DNA from: Octopus bimaculoides
Taxonomy: Eukaryota
Length of the DNA stretch: 50,833 bases
Reading direction: 5' to 3'
Assembly (NCBI RefSeq): GCF_001194135.2
Contig: NC_068981.1
Location: 33,108,655-33,159,487 of the forward strand
The notes beneath the pieces are model-generated. The model was not told where the DNA came from. It saw only the letters and a list, made by a program, of their open reading frames with translations, and did not search any database. Of the stretch, positions 12,555 to 22,944 are shown one piece after another (position 1 is the first letter of the stretch; every line of letters starts with the position of its first letter). The position numbers and the translations under genes are program-made.

Positions 12555-13814
12555 GATAATGATAACGGTAGTAGTGGTGATGGCGGGGGTGATTATCTCT
12601 GTTGCATGGTTGGAACAGTAGAGTAATAGCCCAAATTATCTGACTGTATTCAGTTATCCCCCCTTTATAAATTCTCAGTTCAAACTCTGTGCAGGCTATT
12701 TTTGTCTTCCATCCTCCAGCAATAGATTAAATAGTTACCCATCAATTACTGATGATCTATATAATCAATTATATTTACCATCAAATTTCTAGTCTGAAGT
12801 CTATGTAAGAAATTATCCTTTCTATTTTTAAAATCTTGTGTTTATATATATATTTTATAAAGATGCCACTAGCTATCAAGGTTATCACCAAACTACAACA
12901 CTGCTTTCAGAATCATACAATACTTATTACTGTGGTATCCTTTTATATTCATCATCATTTTTTTATCATTTCAATATTTACTTTCACACACTTGCATGAA
13001 TCAGACAGAGTTTATTGAGACAAATTTTCTGCAACTGGACGGCCTTCCTGTCACCAATCCTTACCCTTTTCTTAGCAAGGTAATATTTCCCCATGGTCAA
13101 ACATGTTTTCACAGAATATTGGAAATGACTGGCATTCATTTTCAGCAATCACATAACAAGAGCGCGCATGCATACACACATACACACACATGTGCGCACA
13201 CACGCACGTATGCACAGACATATCAATCATATATATCTATATATACAAAAATATTTTTTCAGTTTCATTCAACCAAAATCTACTTGTAAGGCTTTGGTCA
13301 GCTCAGAGTTAAATGTATAAAACACTTGTCCAAGATACCACACAATGGAATTAAACCTGATACCTTGTGGTTGGGAAGCAAACTTCTCACCACACAGAAG
13401 CACCAGCACCTGCTTTATATTTTCATATTATTTTACTACTTTTAGACATTAGAATCTGACCATGCCAAGAAACTGTCTTTAATAGTTTTGGTTGATTGCA
13501 TCAACTACATTACTCTGTCTGGGATTTATTTTATCAACCTTCTGATGTAGAACAACCAAGTCAGCCTGGATATAATGTGACATAACCAATACAGAACATA
13601 ATATCTACATTCAATGTGCTTCTATGCAGTTTTCACTTCCTAAATTTCCCTTTGACTTAAATAGAGGGCATTTACACAGTTAGTGTGAATCTAGAACCTT
13701 ATGGTTGTAGAGCAAACTTCTTAACTGTTGTTCCATGTTGTGAGTATATATATTTTGCTGCAAGACAATCTTTTAAGTATCATCATTAAATTATTACTAT
13801 TGTCATTAATATTC

Positions 13815-14026
13815 TTTTCTACTCTAGGCACAAGGCCCAAAATTTTGGGGGAGGGAGCCAGTCGATTAGATTGACCCCAGTGCGCAACTGGTACTTAATT
13901 TATCGACCCCAAAAGGATGAAAGGCAAAACTGACCTTGGTGGAATTTGAACTCATAATGTAAAGACAGACGAAATACTGCTAAGCATTTTGCCCAGCATG
14001 CTAACATTTTTGCCAGCTTGCTGCCT
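13815..14026 (-). mobile_element. SINE family B
   Basis: Reverse complement of the family B core and of the GCAAGCTGGCAGAA head. Confidence 0.8.
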
Positions 14027-14266
14027 TGCTATCATTAATATTCACTATATTAACCTGCTCAAGATGATCCCTATAATACAATCATTTTAAAGTGATCTAA
14101 ATTAATACTGTCTATAAAAATTTTGTATTAATGTATGCTCCAAAAACCAACTCAGTAATGGCAAAGCGATTTTACTGAATTCTTTATTGTTTTCTAATTG
14201 AAACAAAAGCTGTGCATTTCAACAGAAATATATTAGCAAAAAATATATTAGCAGAAATATATTAGT

Positions 14267-14618
14267 ACATGGTTCCAGGTTCAGTCCCACTGCGTGGCAC
14301 CTTGGGAAAGTGTCTTCTGCTATAGCCTCGGGCCGACCAAAGCCTTGTGAGTGGATTTGGTAGACGGAAACCGAAAGAAGCCTGTCGTATATAGGTATAT
14401 ATATATGTATATATATGTGTGTGTGTTTGTCCCCCCAACATCGCTTGACAACCGATGGTGGTGTGTTTACGTCCCCGTAACTTAGCGGTTCGGCAAAAGG
14501 GACCGATAAAATAAGTACTAGGCTTACAAAGAATAAGTCTCGGGGTTGATTTGCTCGACTAAAGGTGTTGCTCCAGCATGGCCACAGTCAAATGACTGAA
14601 ACAAAAGAGTAAAGAGTA
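14267..14618 (+). mobile_element. SINE family A, 5'-truncated, ending ~35 nt from the 14654 splice donor
   Basis: High identity to other family A copies; preceded by a ~14-bp unit (GAAATATATTAGCA) repeated three times at ~14224-14266. Confidence 0.9.
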
Positions 14619-14654
14619 GCAAAAAAAAGGGTTAAATTAAAAATGCAAACTTAC

Positions 14655-15045
14655 TTGGCATCTGTAGGGCTGCTAATACAGCTTCTTCACCTTTTGAAGA
14701 AATTTCATTGATTAAAAAATCTGAAAGTTGTTGTAGCTTTCTCCCTGTGATTGCAATCATCAATGACAATTTTGCAAAACGAGAGTCTGTATCACATATG
14801 TTCTGAGAAATATTATTATCTTTCAGAGCAGCAAGTGGGCCAAGAATATCTTTTAACCTACTGTTCACATTCAGCAATCTTGTAAGATCATAATTATTTT
14901 TTATCATTAAATCAAGCTCTTCTTCAAAAACTCTACCAATTTCTTCATTAGTAATTAAGGAATCACAAGCCTCAGTTCGTGTTAATCCTTCCTCACAGAC
15001 ACTTTTTGATTCTTTCCTTGAACAGTTTTCCTTACTAAAATTATT
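14655..15045 (-). CDS. Upstream coding exon of the same gene (5' end lost in the N gap); acidic then helical segment of unknown family
   Basis: 130 open codons from the gap edge (NNFSKENC...EEAVLAALQMP), ending in a consensus donor ATG CCA A|GTAAGT (intron starts 14654). This phase-1 donor matches the phase-1 acceptor at 8786, giving ...ALQMP-T-CHEKLKDMNVNLFMQLLER. Confidence 0.75.
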
Positions 15046-16045
15046 NNNNNNNNNNNNNNNNNNNNNNNNNNNNNNNNNNNNNNNNNNNNNNNNNNNNNNN
15101 NNNNNNNNNNNNNNNNNNNNNNNNNNNNNNNNNNNNNNNNNNNNNNNNNNNNNNNNNNNNNNNNNNNNNNNNNNNNNNNNNNNNNNNNNNNNNNNNNNNN
15201 NNNNNNNNNNNNNNNNNNNNNNNNNNNNNNNNNNNNNNNNNNNNNNNNNNNNNNNNNNNNNNNNNNNNNNNNNNNNNNNNNNNNNNNNNNNNNNNNNNNN
15301 NNNNNNNNNNNNNNNNNNNNNNNNNNNNNNNNNNNNNNNNNNNNNNNNNNNNNNNNNNNNNNNNNNNNNNNNNNNNNNNNNNNNNNNNNNNNNNNNNNNN
15401 NNNNNNNNNNNNNNNNNNNNNNNNNNNNNNNNNNNNNNNNNNNNNNNNNNNNNNNNNNNNNNNNNNNNNNNNNNNNNNNNNNNNNNNNNNNNNNNNNNNN
15501 NNNNNNNNNNNNNNNNNNNNNNNNNNNNNNNNNNNNNNNNNNNNNNNNNNNNNNNNNNNNNNNNNNNNNNNNNNNNNNNNNNNNNNNNNNNNNNNNNNNN
15601 NNNNNNNNNNNNNNNNNNNNNNNNNNNNNNNNNNNNNNNNNNNNNNNNNNNNNNNNNNNNNNNNNNNNNNNNNNNNNNNNNNNNNNNNNNNNNNNNNNNN
15701 NNNNNNNNNNNNNNNNNNNNNNNNNNNNNNNNNNNNNNNNNNNNNNNNNNNNNNNNNNNNNNNNNNNNNNNNNNNNNNNNNNNNNNNNNNNNNNNNNNNN
15801 NNNNNNNNNNNNNNNNNNNNNNNNNNNNNNNNNNNNNNNNNNNNNNNNNNNNNNNNNNNNNNNNNNNNNNNNNNNNNNNNNNNNNNNNNNNNNNNNNNNN
15901 NNNNNNNNNNNNNNNNNNNNNNNNNNNNNNNNNNNNNNNNNNNNNNNNNNNNNNNNNNNNNNNNNNNNNNNNNNNNNNNNNNNNNNNNNNNNNNNNNNNN
16001 NNNNNNNNNNNNNNNNNNNNNNNNNNNNNNNNNNNNNNNNNNNNN
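15046..16045. other. Assembly gap (1000 N) hiding the 5' part of a coding exon; other gaps at 25370-25503, 31196-31334, 40656-40665, 42656-42677 and 43264-43273
   Basis: Runs of N; the round size suggests a placeholder length. Confidence 0.95.
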
Positions 16046-16275
16046 GTAGTGGGTGCTTTTACGTGCCACCGGCATGAAGGCCAGTCAGGCGGTACTGGCA
16101 ATGGCCACGCTCAAAATGGTGTATTTTACGTGCCACTTGCACAGGAGCCAGTCCAGCGGCACTGGCAACGACCTCGCTTGAATGACTTTTCACGTGTCAC
16201 CAGCACAAGTGCCAGGAACGTGAAGCTGCGACACAAGTGTCAGGAAGGCGACGCTGGTAACAATCACGCTCGAAC
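16046..16275 (-). mobile_element. Repeat family C (RTE LINE 3' UTR-derived), fragment at the gap edge
   Basis: Inverted match to 16940-17115 and direct match to 40390-40600. Confidence 0.8.
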
Positions 16276-16284
16276 GGTAAATAT

Positions 16285-16650
16285 ATTTTAATATCATCAT
16301 CATCATTTGATACCTGTTTTTCATGCTGGCATGGGTTGGATGGTTTGACAGGAACTGGCAAGTCAGAGAGCTGCACCAAGCTTCAATTCTCTGTTTTGGC
16401 AAGGTTTTTACAGATGGATGTCCTTCCTAATGCTAACCACTTTACAAAGTGTACTGGGTGCTTTTTCTGTAGCACCAGCATGGGAGTTTTTACATGGCAC
16501 CAACACTGGTCCATTTTACATGACACCAGCATGGGTGCTTTTTGCATGATGCCAGCATGGGTGTTTTTTTACGTGGTGCCAGAATGGGTGCTTTTTATGT
16601 GGTACCAGCACAGATCTTTCCTACATAGCATCAGCACAGGTACTTTTTAC
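16285..16650 (-). mobile_element. Older family C-related element with an (ATC)n end and an internal ~25-bp tandem array
   Basis: GGATGTCCTTCCTAATGCTAACCAC core; about 8 degenerate copies of TGGGTGCTTTTTACATGGCACCAGCA at ~16454-16650. Confidence 0.7.
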
Positions 16651-16779
16651 ATGGATATTCTATTATATAGTTGCACACACTCATTGACATCAATTTGTTG
16701 AGTACAATGGTAAAATGTTATCAGATCTACTTCTATTTGCTTTCTCCAAAATTCTATTCTAGGGACCCTTTAATTTATT

Positions 16780-17270
16780 ATGCATATGGACAGACCTGTT
16801 GCGAAGACCTGTTGGGGCAAGCGAAAGCGAAATTGTGATGGCACCTGTACCAGTGGATCACTATGAGCACCGTCTGAGCGTGATCGTTGCCAGAGCACCA
16901 GCTGTCTGGCTTCCGTGCCGGTGGCACGTAAATAGCATCGTTACCAACGTCGCCTTCCTGGCACTTGTGCCAGTGGCATGTGAAAAGACATTCGAGCGAG
17001 ATTGTTGCCAGTACCACTGGACTGGCTCCTGTGCAGGTGGCACGTAAAATACACCATTTCGAGCGTGGCCGTTGCTAGTATCTCCTGAGAGGTGGCACGT
17101 AAAAGCACCCACTACACTCTCGGAGTGGTTGGCGTTAGGAAGGGCATCCAGCTGTAGAAACTCTGCCAAATCAGATTGGAGCCTGGTGTAGCCATCTGGT
17201 TCACCAGTCCTCAGTCAAATCGTCCAACCCATGCTAACATGGAAAGCGGACGTTAAACGATGATGATGAT
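16780..17270 (+). mobile_element. Repeat family C, young copy ending in (GAT)n
   Basis: GTTGGCGTTAGGAAGGGCATCCAGCTGTAG...GGACGTTAAACGATGATGATG. Further copies lie at ~20895-21065, 22741-22893, 23183-23460, 24205-24520, 27622-27840, 28280-28575, 34075-34245, 37890-38260 and 49645-49980. Confidence 0.85.
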
Positions 17271-17815
17271 GGACAGCATATCTTAAGCCTCAAAATTATT
17301 TGCTTTTATTCTATATGCATGTGACACATCAGATTTTCTGTCTGTAGTTTAGACAGACATGAAAAGAGTAAATACAGACAGTGCAAGTGTTGGTCTTTTA
17401 AATGTATTAAGTCAGCCATGGGGGCAGGGTACATGGCTTAGTAGTTAGGGTGTTGCTCTCACAATCAAGAGATCACAGACCAGGCAGTGCACTGTGTTCT
17501 TGAGCAAAACACTTCATTTCATTTTCCTCTATGATCATTTTGATACTTGTCATGTGGTACACTGTGCAACTGTTCAGGCAAGGTCAATTTGATGAAGGAA
17601 GTGAGCTAATATATAGGGACATACATTTAATCCCTGTAAACAAATCATTTGTGCAGGTTTTTCAACAAGATATTACAGAACCATCTTTCTCAGACTATGA
17701 GAGATTATCATCATGAAGTCAGCTAACAGAAAATATTCTCTTACATTTGGTATCTTAAACACTAATTATATCCACTTTCATCATCACCAGAAACATTTCC
17801 CCACACTCAGTCATG

Positions 17816-17926
17816 CATGTTAAACTTGACAGTACCAAAATAAATAATGATGATTATTTTAGATTCCTAAGAATCATCAGTGATAAGAACCTTAAATGGA
17901 AATCACATATTGATCTAACCTACAGG
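17816..17926 (+). mobile_element. Small LINE RT C-terminal remnant
   Basis: Translates as HVKLDSTKINNDDYFRFLRIISDKNLKWKSHIDL, resembling the FLGxxxDxxLxWxxHI motif. Confidence 0.5.
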
Positions 17927-19103
17927 TGAACACTCAGTACTGTGCTGCTAAACATATGTCAGACCACTACTTAATTCTTTTATTGGTTTCAGCCCGAGGC
18001 TGTGGCCATGCTGGGGCAAGCATCCCTAAGTCCAAGTGAAGAATAATCTGAAATGAGTTATAGGGTTAGAAGGAAGAATCGATCTCTGCACCTTCCTCAT
18101 TTATCAAACTGCTCTACATGGTGGCCAGGGAACACTTTCAATCCACAAGCCAGCATAGGGATCATCCAACCGTAGCATGGTTGTGATTTGATGTTTAAAT
18201 ACGTTAGCTTGAGGAGACTGTAGTGTTCAGTAAAGTGCTCCCCATGTCAGAGGAACGTCCATCTGAAATGTTATTAATACAGCCTTTGTTTTACACCTAC
18301 CCAAAATGAACAAGGCACCTAAAGTACCTGGATACTATCCCTCAAATATGTTTGCACCTGAACTTTCTTTAGTTTTTGGTGCATTTTTAACAAACACTTA
18401 TTCCATATCCCCTGGCTATGATACAATGCTCACCCCCCCCCCATTATTTTTTATGTCCATACACACAATACCAGTGACTACTTACCACACCACCCCAACT
18501 ATAACTATAGATGCCATCAACAGGTTCAGTTCTCGTGGTACTGGTGGCTTGTGTGCTTCAATGACTTTGCGGGCTTTGTCAGAAGAATTTAAGTTCCCAA
18601 CAGCCCCACCCAACTCTTGCTGGACAGATCAAAAAATAAGAACCAGGCTAATATGGACCACTTCTTCTTAGAAACAAAAACAAGTTTCTGTGCCAGCACT
18701 CCTAATTAAGAAAAAGCAAAGTTACAGAAGCATTGATGAAAACCAACAAGACCCGGGAGAGGAAAGACTTCCTTCGGGGAAACACATGAAGTGCTGCATC
18801 AAAATTCAAAAGGCAGTTGCAAGGCTGCCTCCCCTCTGGCTTGGAACCCACTAGAGAGGTAGAAGAGAAGAGTAAAGATAACTGAAGGTGAAAAAACAGG
18901 GATCCAACTGGGAGAAGCAGAAAAGACAGCCTAAAGTCAAGAACAATGGTCAAAAGTCATTGATAGCCTATGCTTGATTACAAACAAGAGGTTTCAATAA
19001 GAAATAACTGTATATTCAGTTTTGCTTATTTATTCACATTTCAAAATTCATCATTGTTAATGTTGTCATTATTATTGTGATTATAACTTATAATAATAAT
19101 AAT

Positions 19104-19314
19104 AATCCTTTCTGCTAAAGGCATAAGGTCTGAAATTTGTGGGGAGGAGACTAGTCGATTACATCAACCCCAGTACTTCACTGGTACTTAATTTATCGAC
19201 CCCGAAAGGATGAGAGGCAAAGTCGACCTCAGCAGAATTTGAACTCAGAACGTAAAGAGGGATGAAATACTGCAAAGCATTTTGCCTGGCATGCTAACGA
19301 TTCTGCCAGCTTGC
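19104..19314 (-). mobile_element. SINE family B
   Basis: Reverse complement of the family B core; abuts the compound triplet repeat. Confidence 0.8.
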
Positions 19315-19406
19315 AATAATAATAATCATGATGATGACAATGACGATGATGATGATGATGATGATGATGGTGGTGGTAGTGGTGGTGGTGGTGATGGTGA
19401 TGGTGG

Positions 19407-19458
<52 letters not shown>

Positions 19459-19473
19459 AATAATAATAATAAT
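19315..19473. repeat. Compound trinucleotide microsatellite (AAT/GAT/GGT/GAT/AAT)
   Basis: Seen directly; source of the poly-H, poly-D and poly-M ORFs. Confidence 0.95.
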
Positions 19474-21129
19474 GCAAGAAGCTCTGATTCAGATTCTTAT
19501 TAGTTATCATTTAAACTTTGATAATATTTTATGGGATGGGTTTGTCATTCTAATATAGTCGAAAATTTACTAAGGCAAACCATGCAATTAGTTTTAGATA
19601 AAAAAATATACATCTCTGAACACAATGATTCTCTTTATATTAACACTTGTGTTTGACTTTTTTTCAGATATAACCATCCAAATTGCACGCTAAAGACTTC
19701 AACACAGAAAGCATTGCTTCCAACTTGTTCAATGAACTTTAAATACTTGTTATCTGCATATGCATTTATCCCTTCTATTGTATTGATATCTTTTGTGTTA
19801 GGTTATTCTCAGTGTTATTGATAACATGTAACTCAGTACAACCTGCTGCAAAGTCAGGAACTGGCATAGCTTGAATGTGTGCTGCTCAGAGTGGCCCTTC
19901 AGTTGGCCACCCCAACAAAATGTACATATTGCTTATAGTAGACACAAAAGTGGTGCCACCCCCATAAAAGTGCCACCTGGAACAGACCACTTTTCTGCTC
20001 CCCACTAGCTATGCTAGTGCAGTCAGGTATTGGCAATCAAACTAATAACTCTACTAAGACAGCTTTGTAAGGAGAGTGGTTTCCACAGGATACCTCTGCA
20101 GGATAAAAAACAAAACCTGTCGATGGCCATCCCTCAGCCGGGAATGAGTGACCGCTAGCCTTTATTTAGACATCTCTCATGAATGAAAACTCTGATGTAA
20201 CACCTGTGACTTTGTTTGCATCCAATGATGTTGACTAGTTCTAACTGGGCAAGTACATTCTTGATTTGAGCAGTGGTTCTCAACTAGGGTCCATAGGGCC
20301 CTGGAGGTCTATATAAGATTTTATTGCTAAAATATATGTGCAATAAATTGGTCATACTTCTACAATACACAAAATAAAGCTATAATTACATAAGAAAAGC
20401 CTAATGCCAATACTCAGGGGAAGACAACAAAAAGAAGAGGTTTATTTCACAAACTTTTTAATGATCTAGATTACAACATAAGTTTAAAAAACAATGTTAA
20501 ATAAGACCTTTGTTTAACTGAATGTGTATACCAAAGTACACATGCACACACACAAACACGAGATGCAAGAAATATTTATCAGTAAGAGCACATTGAACTT
20601 TGCATCTTTCAGACTGCATTGTTTTTAAGTTTATTAGTGCAAACTAATTTACTTGTTATGCATACATCAGCTGTCTCCATTTTCCATATCTCACCAAAAA
20701 AAGGAATAACTGAAGAAGACATAGATTCTGCAAACTGCAGTATATGCCACCCATCTAGGAGAGAACTATGAAAGAAAGCCAAAACAAAATAGAGGAAACC
20801 CTTTAGTGTTGGTGAAGAAAATCTTAATGGCTGATGGCTCAATAAAAGACATCCACTCCATGCTGTGAAGGAGTTGATTACTTGGTTACCTTGTCGGTGC
20901 TGCTGCCATGTAAAAAGCATCCTGTACACTCTGTAAAGCGGTTGGCATTAGGAAAGGCATCCAGCCATAGAAACCATACCAAAACAGCTTCCAACTTTAC
21001 TAATTCCTATCAAACCATCCAACCCATACCAGCATGGAAAACAAACACTAAATGATGAGGATGATGATATATACATATATATACTGTGGTGGGCACAGTG
21101 GTGTAGCTAGTTGCTGCAACCATGGGCAA

Positions 21130-21390
21130 AGAAAGAACACCAGCCCAGCATTGGCAATGTGTTTGCCCAAACTGCTGACATTAGCATCTGTCAGTCTATG
21201 GGTGGACAGAAGGACTGTAGACCTGTTTGTCAACAACATGCTACTGCTGCATTTAATGGAGTCCCCCACCTTGGTCGGCCTGATCAAGATGCTGAACCCC
21301 AGCAAGATGTCGATGTCTTGCCGCACTCCGGTCAGGCTGATCTTGGCCAGTTCTATATGGGAACCAGTGTTAAGGAAGGATAGGAAAATA
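21130..21390 (+). mobile_element. Probable hAT transposase remnant
   Basis: FVNNMLLLHLMESPTLVGLIKMLNPSKMSMSCRT resembles the post-BED hAT segment (xxMLPLSxVExxxFxxLxxxLNP...RxT). Confidence 0.45.
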
Positions 21391-21629
21391 TTAGATTTAT
21401 AAGCCCTGAAATTCACTCCCTAATTGCCCAAGGGCATATGGTGTAGTGGTTAAGAGCATGGGCTTCTAACTCCAAGATTGTGAATTCAGTTCCAGGCAAT
21501 GACCTGAACAACAACATTTGTTCTTTCGTTGTTGCTAAAAAAAGTTCATATTCCATGTATTCATTTTTCATATCTCAAGTTTTGGTTTTTTTATGTTGTT
21601 TATGTTCTGTAACGTCCTTTGCCCACATA

Positions 21630-21790
<161 letters not shown>

Positions 21791-21796
<6 letters not shown>

Positions 21797-22176
21797 GCAC
21801 ACTCCGTTGCTTACGACGTCGAGGGTTCCAGTTGATCCAATCGACGGAACAGCCTGCTCATGAAATTAGTGTGCAAGTGGCTGAGCACTCCACAGACACG
21901 TGTACCCATAACGTAGTTCTCGGGGATATTCAGCGTGACACAGTTTGACAAGGCTGACCCTTTGAATTACAGGCACAACAGAAACAGGAAGAAAGAGTGA
22001 GAGAAAGTTGTGGTGGAAGAGTACAGCAGGGTTCGCCACCATCCCCTGCCAGAGCCTCGTGGAGCTTTTAGGTGTTTTCGCTCAATAAACACTCACAATA
22101 CCTGGTTTGGGAATCGAAACCGCAATCCTATGACCGCGAGTCCGCTGCCCTCACCACTGGGCCATTGTGCCTCCAC
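21791..22176 (-). mobile_element. tRNA-derived SINE family D, full-length
   Basis: Minus-strand head GTGGAGGCACAATGGCCCAGTGGTGAGGGCAGCGG...GGTTTCGATTCCC with A and B boxes, a ~390-nt body, and a tail running into (TA)n. Confidence 0.8.
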
Positions 22177-22561
22177 ACATATATATATATATATGGTAAA
22201 TAAAGCAAGACAAAAAAGCTAAGGCTGCGTGGAATTTTCTACTTCCAGTGACTGTCTGCAACATCCATTCAGTGCTTTAGTCAACCCAAGGCTAAAGTAG
22301 AAGACACTTGCCCAAGGTTCCACCAGTGGATTGAACCTGAAACCACATATTTAAGAAGTAAGCAGCTACACCTGTGCCTATGAATATATATTCCATGCTT
22401 GTGTTTCTACTAGCGACCAAATCTCTCTCCACCCTTATGTATCCATTCTTACCATAATTTGTATATATATATATACATATATACATCAGAGTAAGCACAT
22501 AAATGTGAAACAAGGTGGGGAAAAATAGTACTCAAATATTGGAGGTAGAGTAATATTCTTT

Positions 22562-22699
22562 ATTAATAAAGCTGCAAAGATAAAAACTTATTCAGAGTTT
22601 CATGTTTTCATTTGTCGGACAGTTTTGGTTACTGTCCAATGAAGAGGAGCATGGAAACTCTGAGTAACAGTTTTGTGATGTCTTTGCAGCTTTATTAAT
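22562..22699. repeat. Palindromic hairpin element (~140 nt)
   Basis: A perfect 19-bp terminal IR (ATTAATAAAGCTGCAAAGA / TCTTTGCAGCTTTATTAAT) plus inner arms CAGAGTTTC/GAAACTCTG and GGACAGT/ACTGTCC. Confidence 0.8.
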
Positions 22700-22907
22700 G
22701 AAGTACATATATATACACACACACATACATACATACATACATCGGAGTGGTTGGCGTTAGGAAGGGCATCCAGCTGTAGAAACTCTGCCAAATCAGATTG
22801 GAGCCTGGTGTAGCCTTCGGGCTCCACCAGTCCTCAGTCAAATCGTCCAACCCATGCTAGCATGGAAAGCGAACGTTAAACGATGATGATGATATATACA
22901 CACTTAC

Positions 22908-22944
<37 letters not shown>

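Larger units (their letters stand above)
8786..14654 (-). other. Predicted GT-AG intron (5869 nt), rich in SINEs and microsatellites
   Basis: GTAAGT donor at 14654-14649, TTTTGCAG acceptor ending 8786, compatible phases; no convincing coding exon seen between them. Confidence 0.7.

Noticed and set aside
14632-16101. 489-aa and 344-aa ORFs spanning the 1-kb gap (also those at 25339-25632 and 31091-31435)
   Set aside because: Mostly X from N runs. Only 15045-14655 is real coding sequence; the 16046-16101 start is repeat DNA.
16454-16650. CRISPR-like array of ~25-bp repeats
   Set aside because: Units are head-to-tail with no unique spacers, sit inside a retroelement, and there are no cas genes; the DNA is eukaryotic.
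16049-17169. Cluster of 60-120-aa ORFs (similar ones at 11385-11801, 27631-28559 and 40241-40948)
   Set aside because: Near-identical peptides recur wherever SINE A or family C copies occur; they are repeat translations.
19229-19558. Poly-His, poly-Asp/Gly and poly-Met ORFs (also 37111-37503 and the IY repeats at 21480-21802)
   Set aside because: Translations of trinucleotide and dinucleotide microsatellites, open in several frames, with no splice context.
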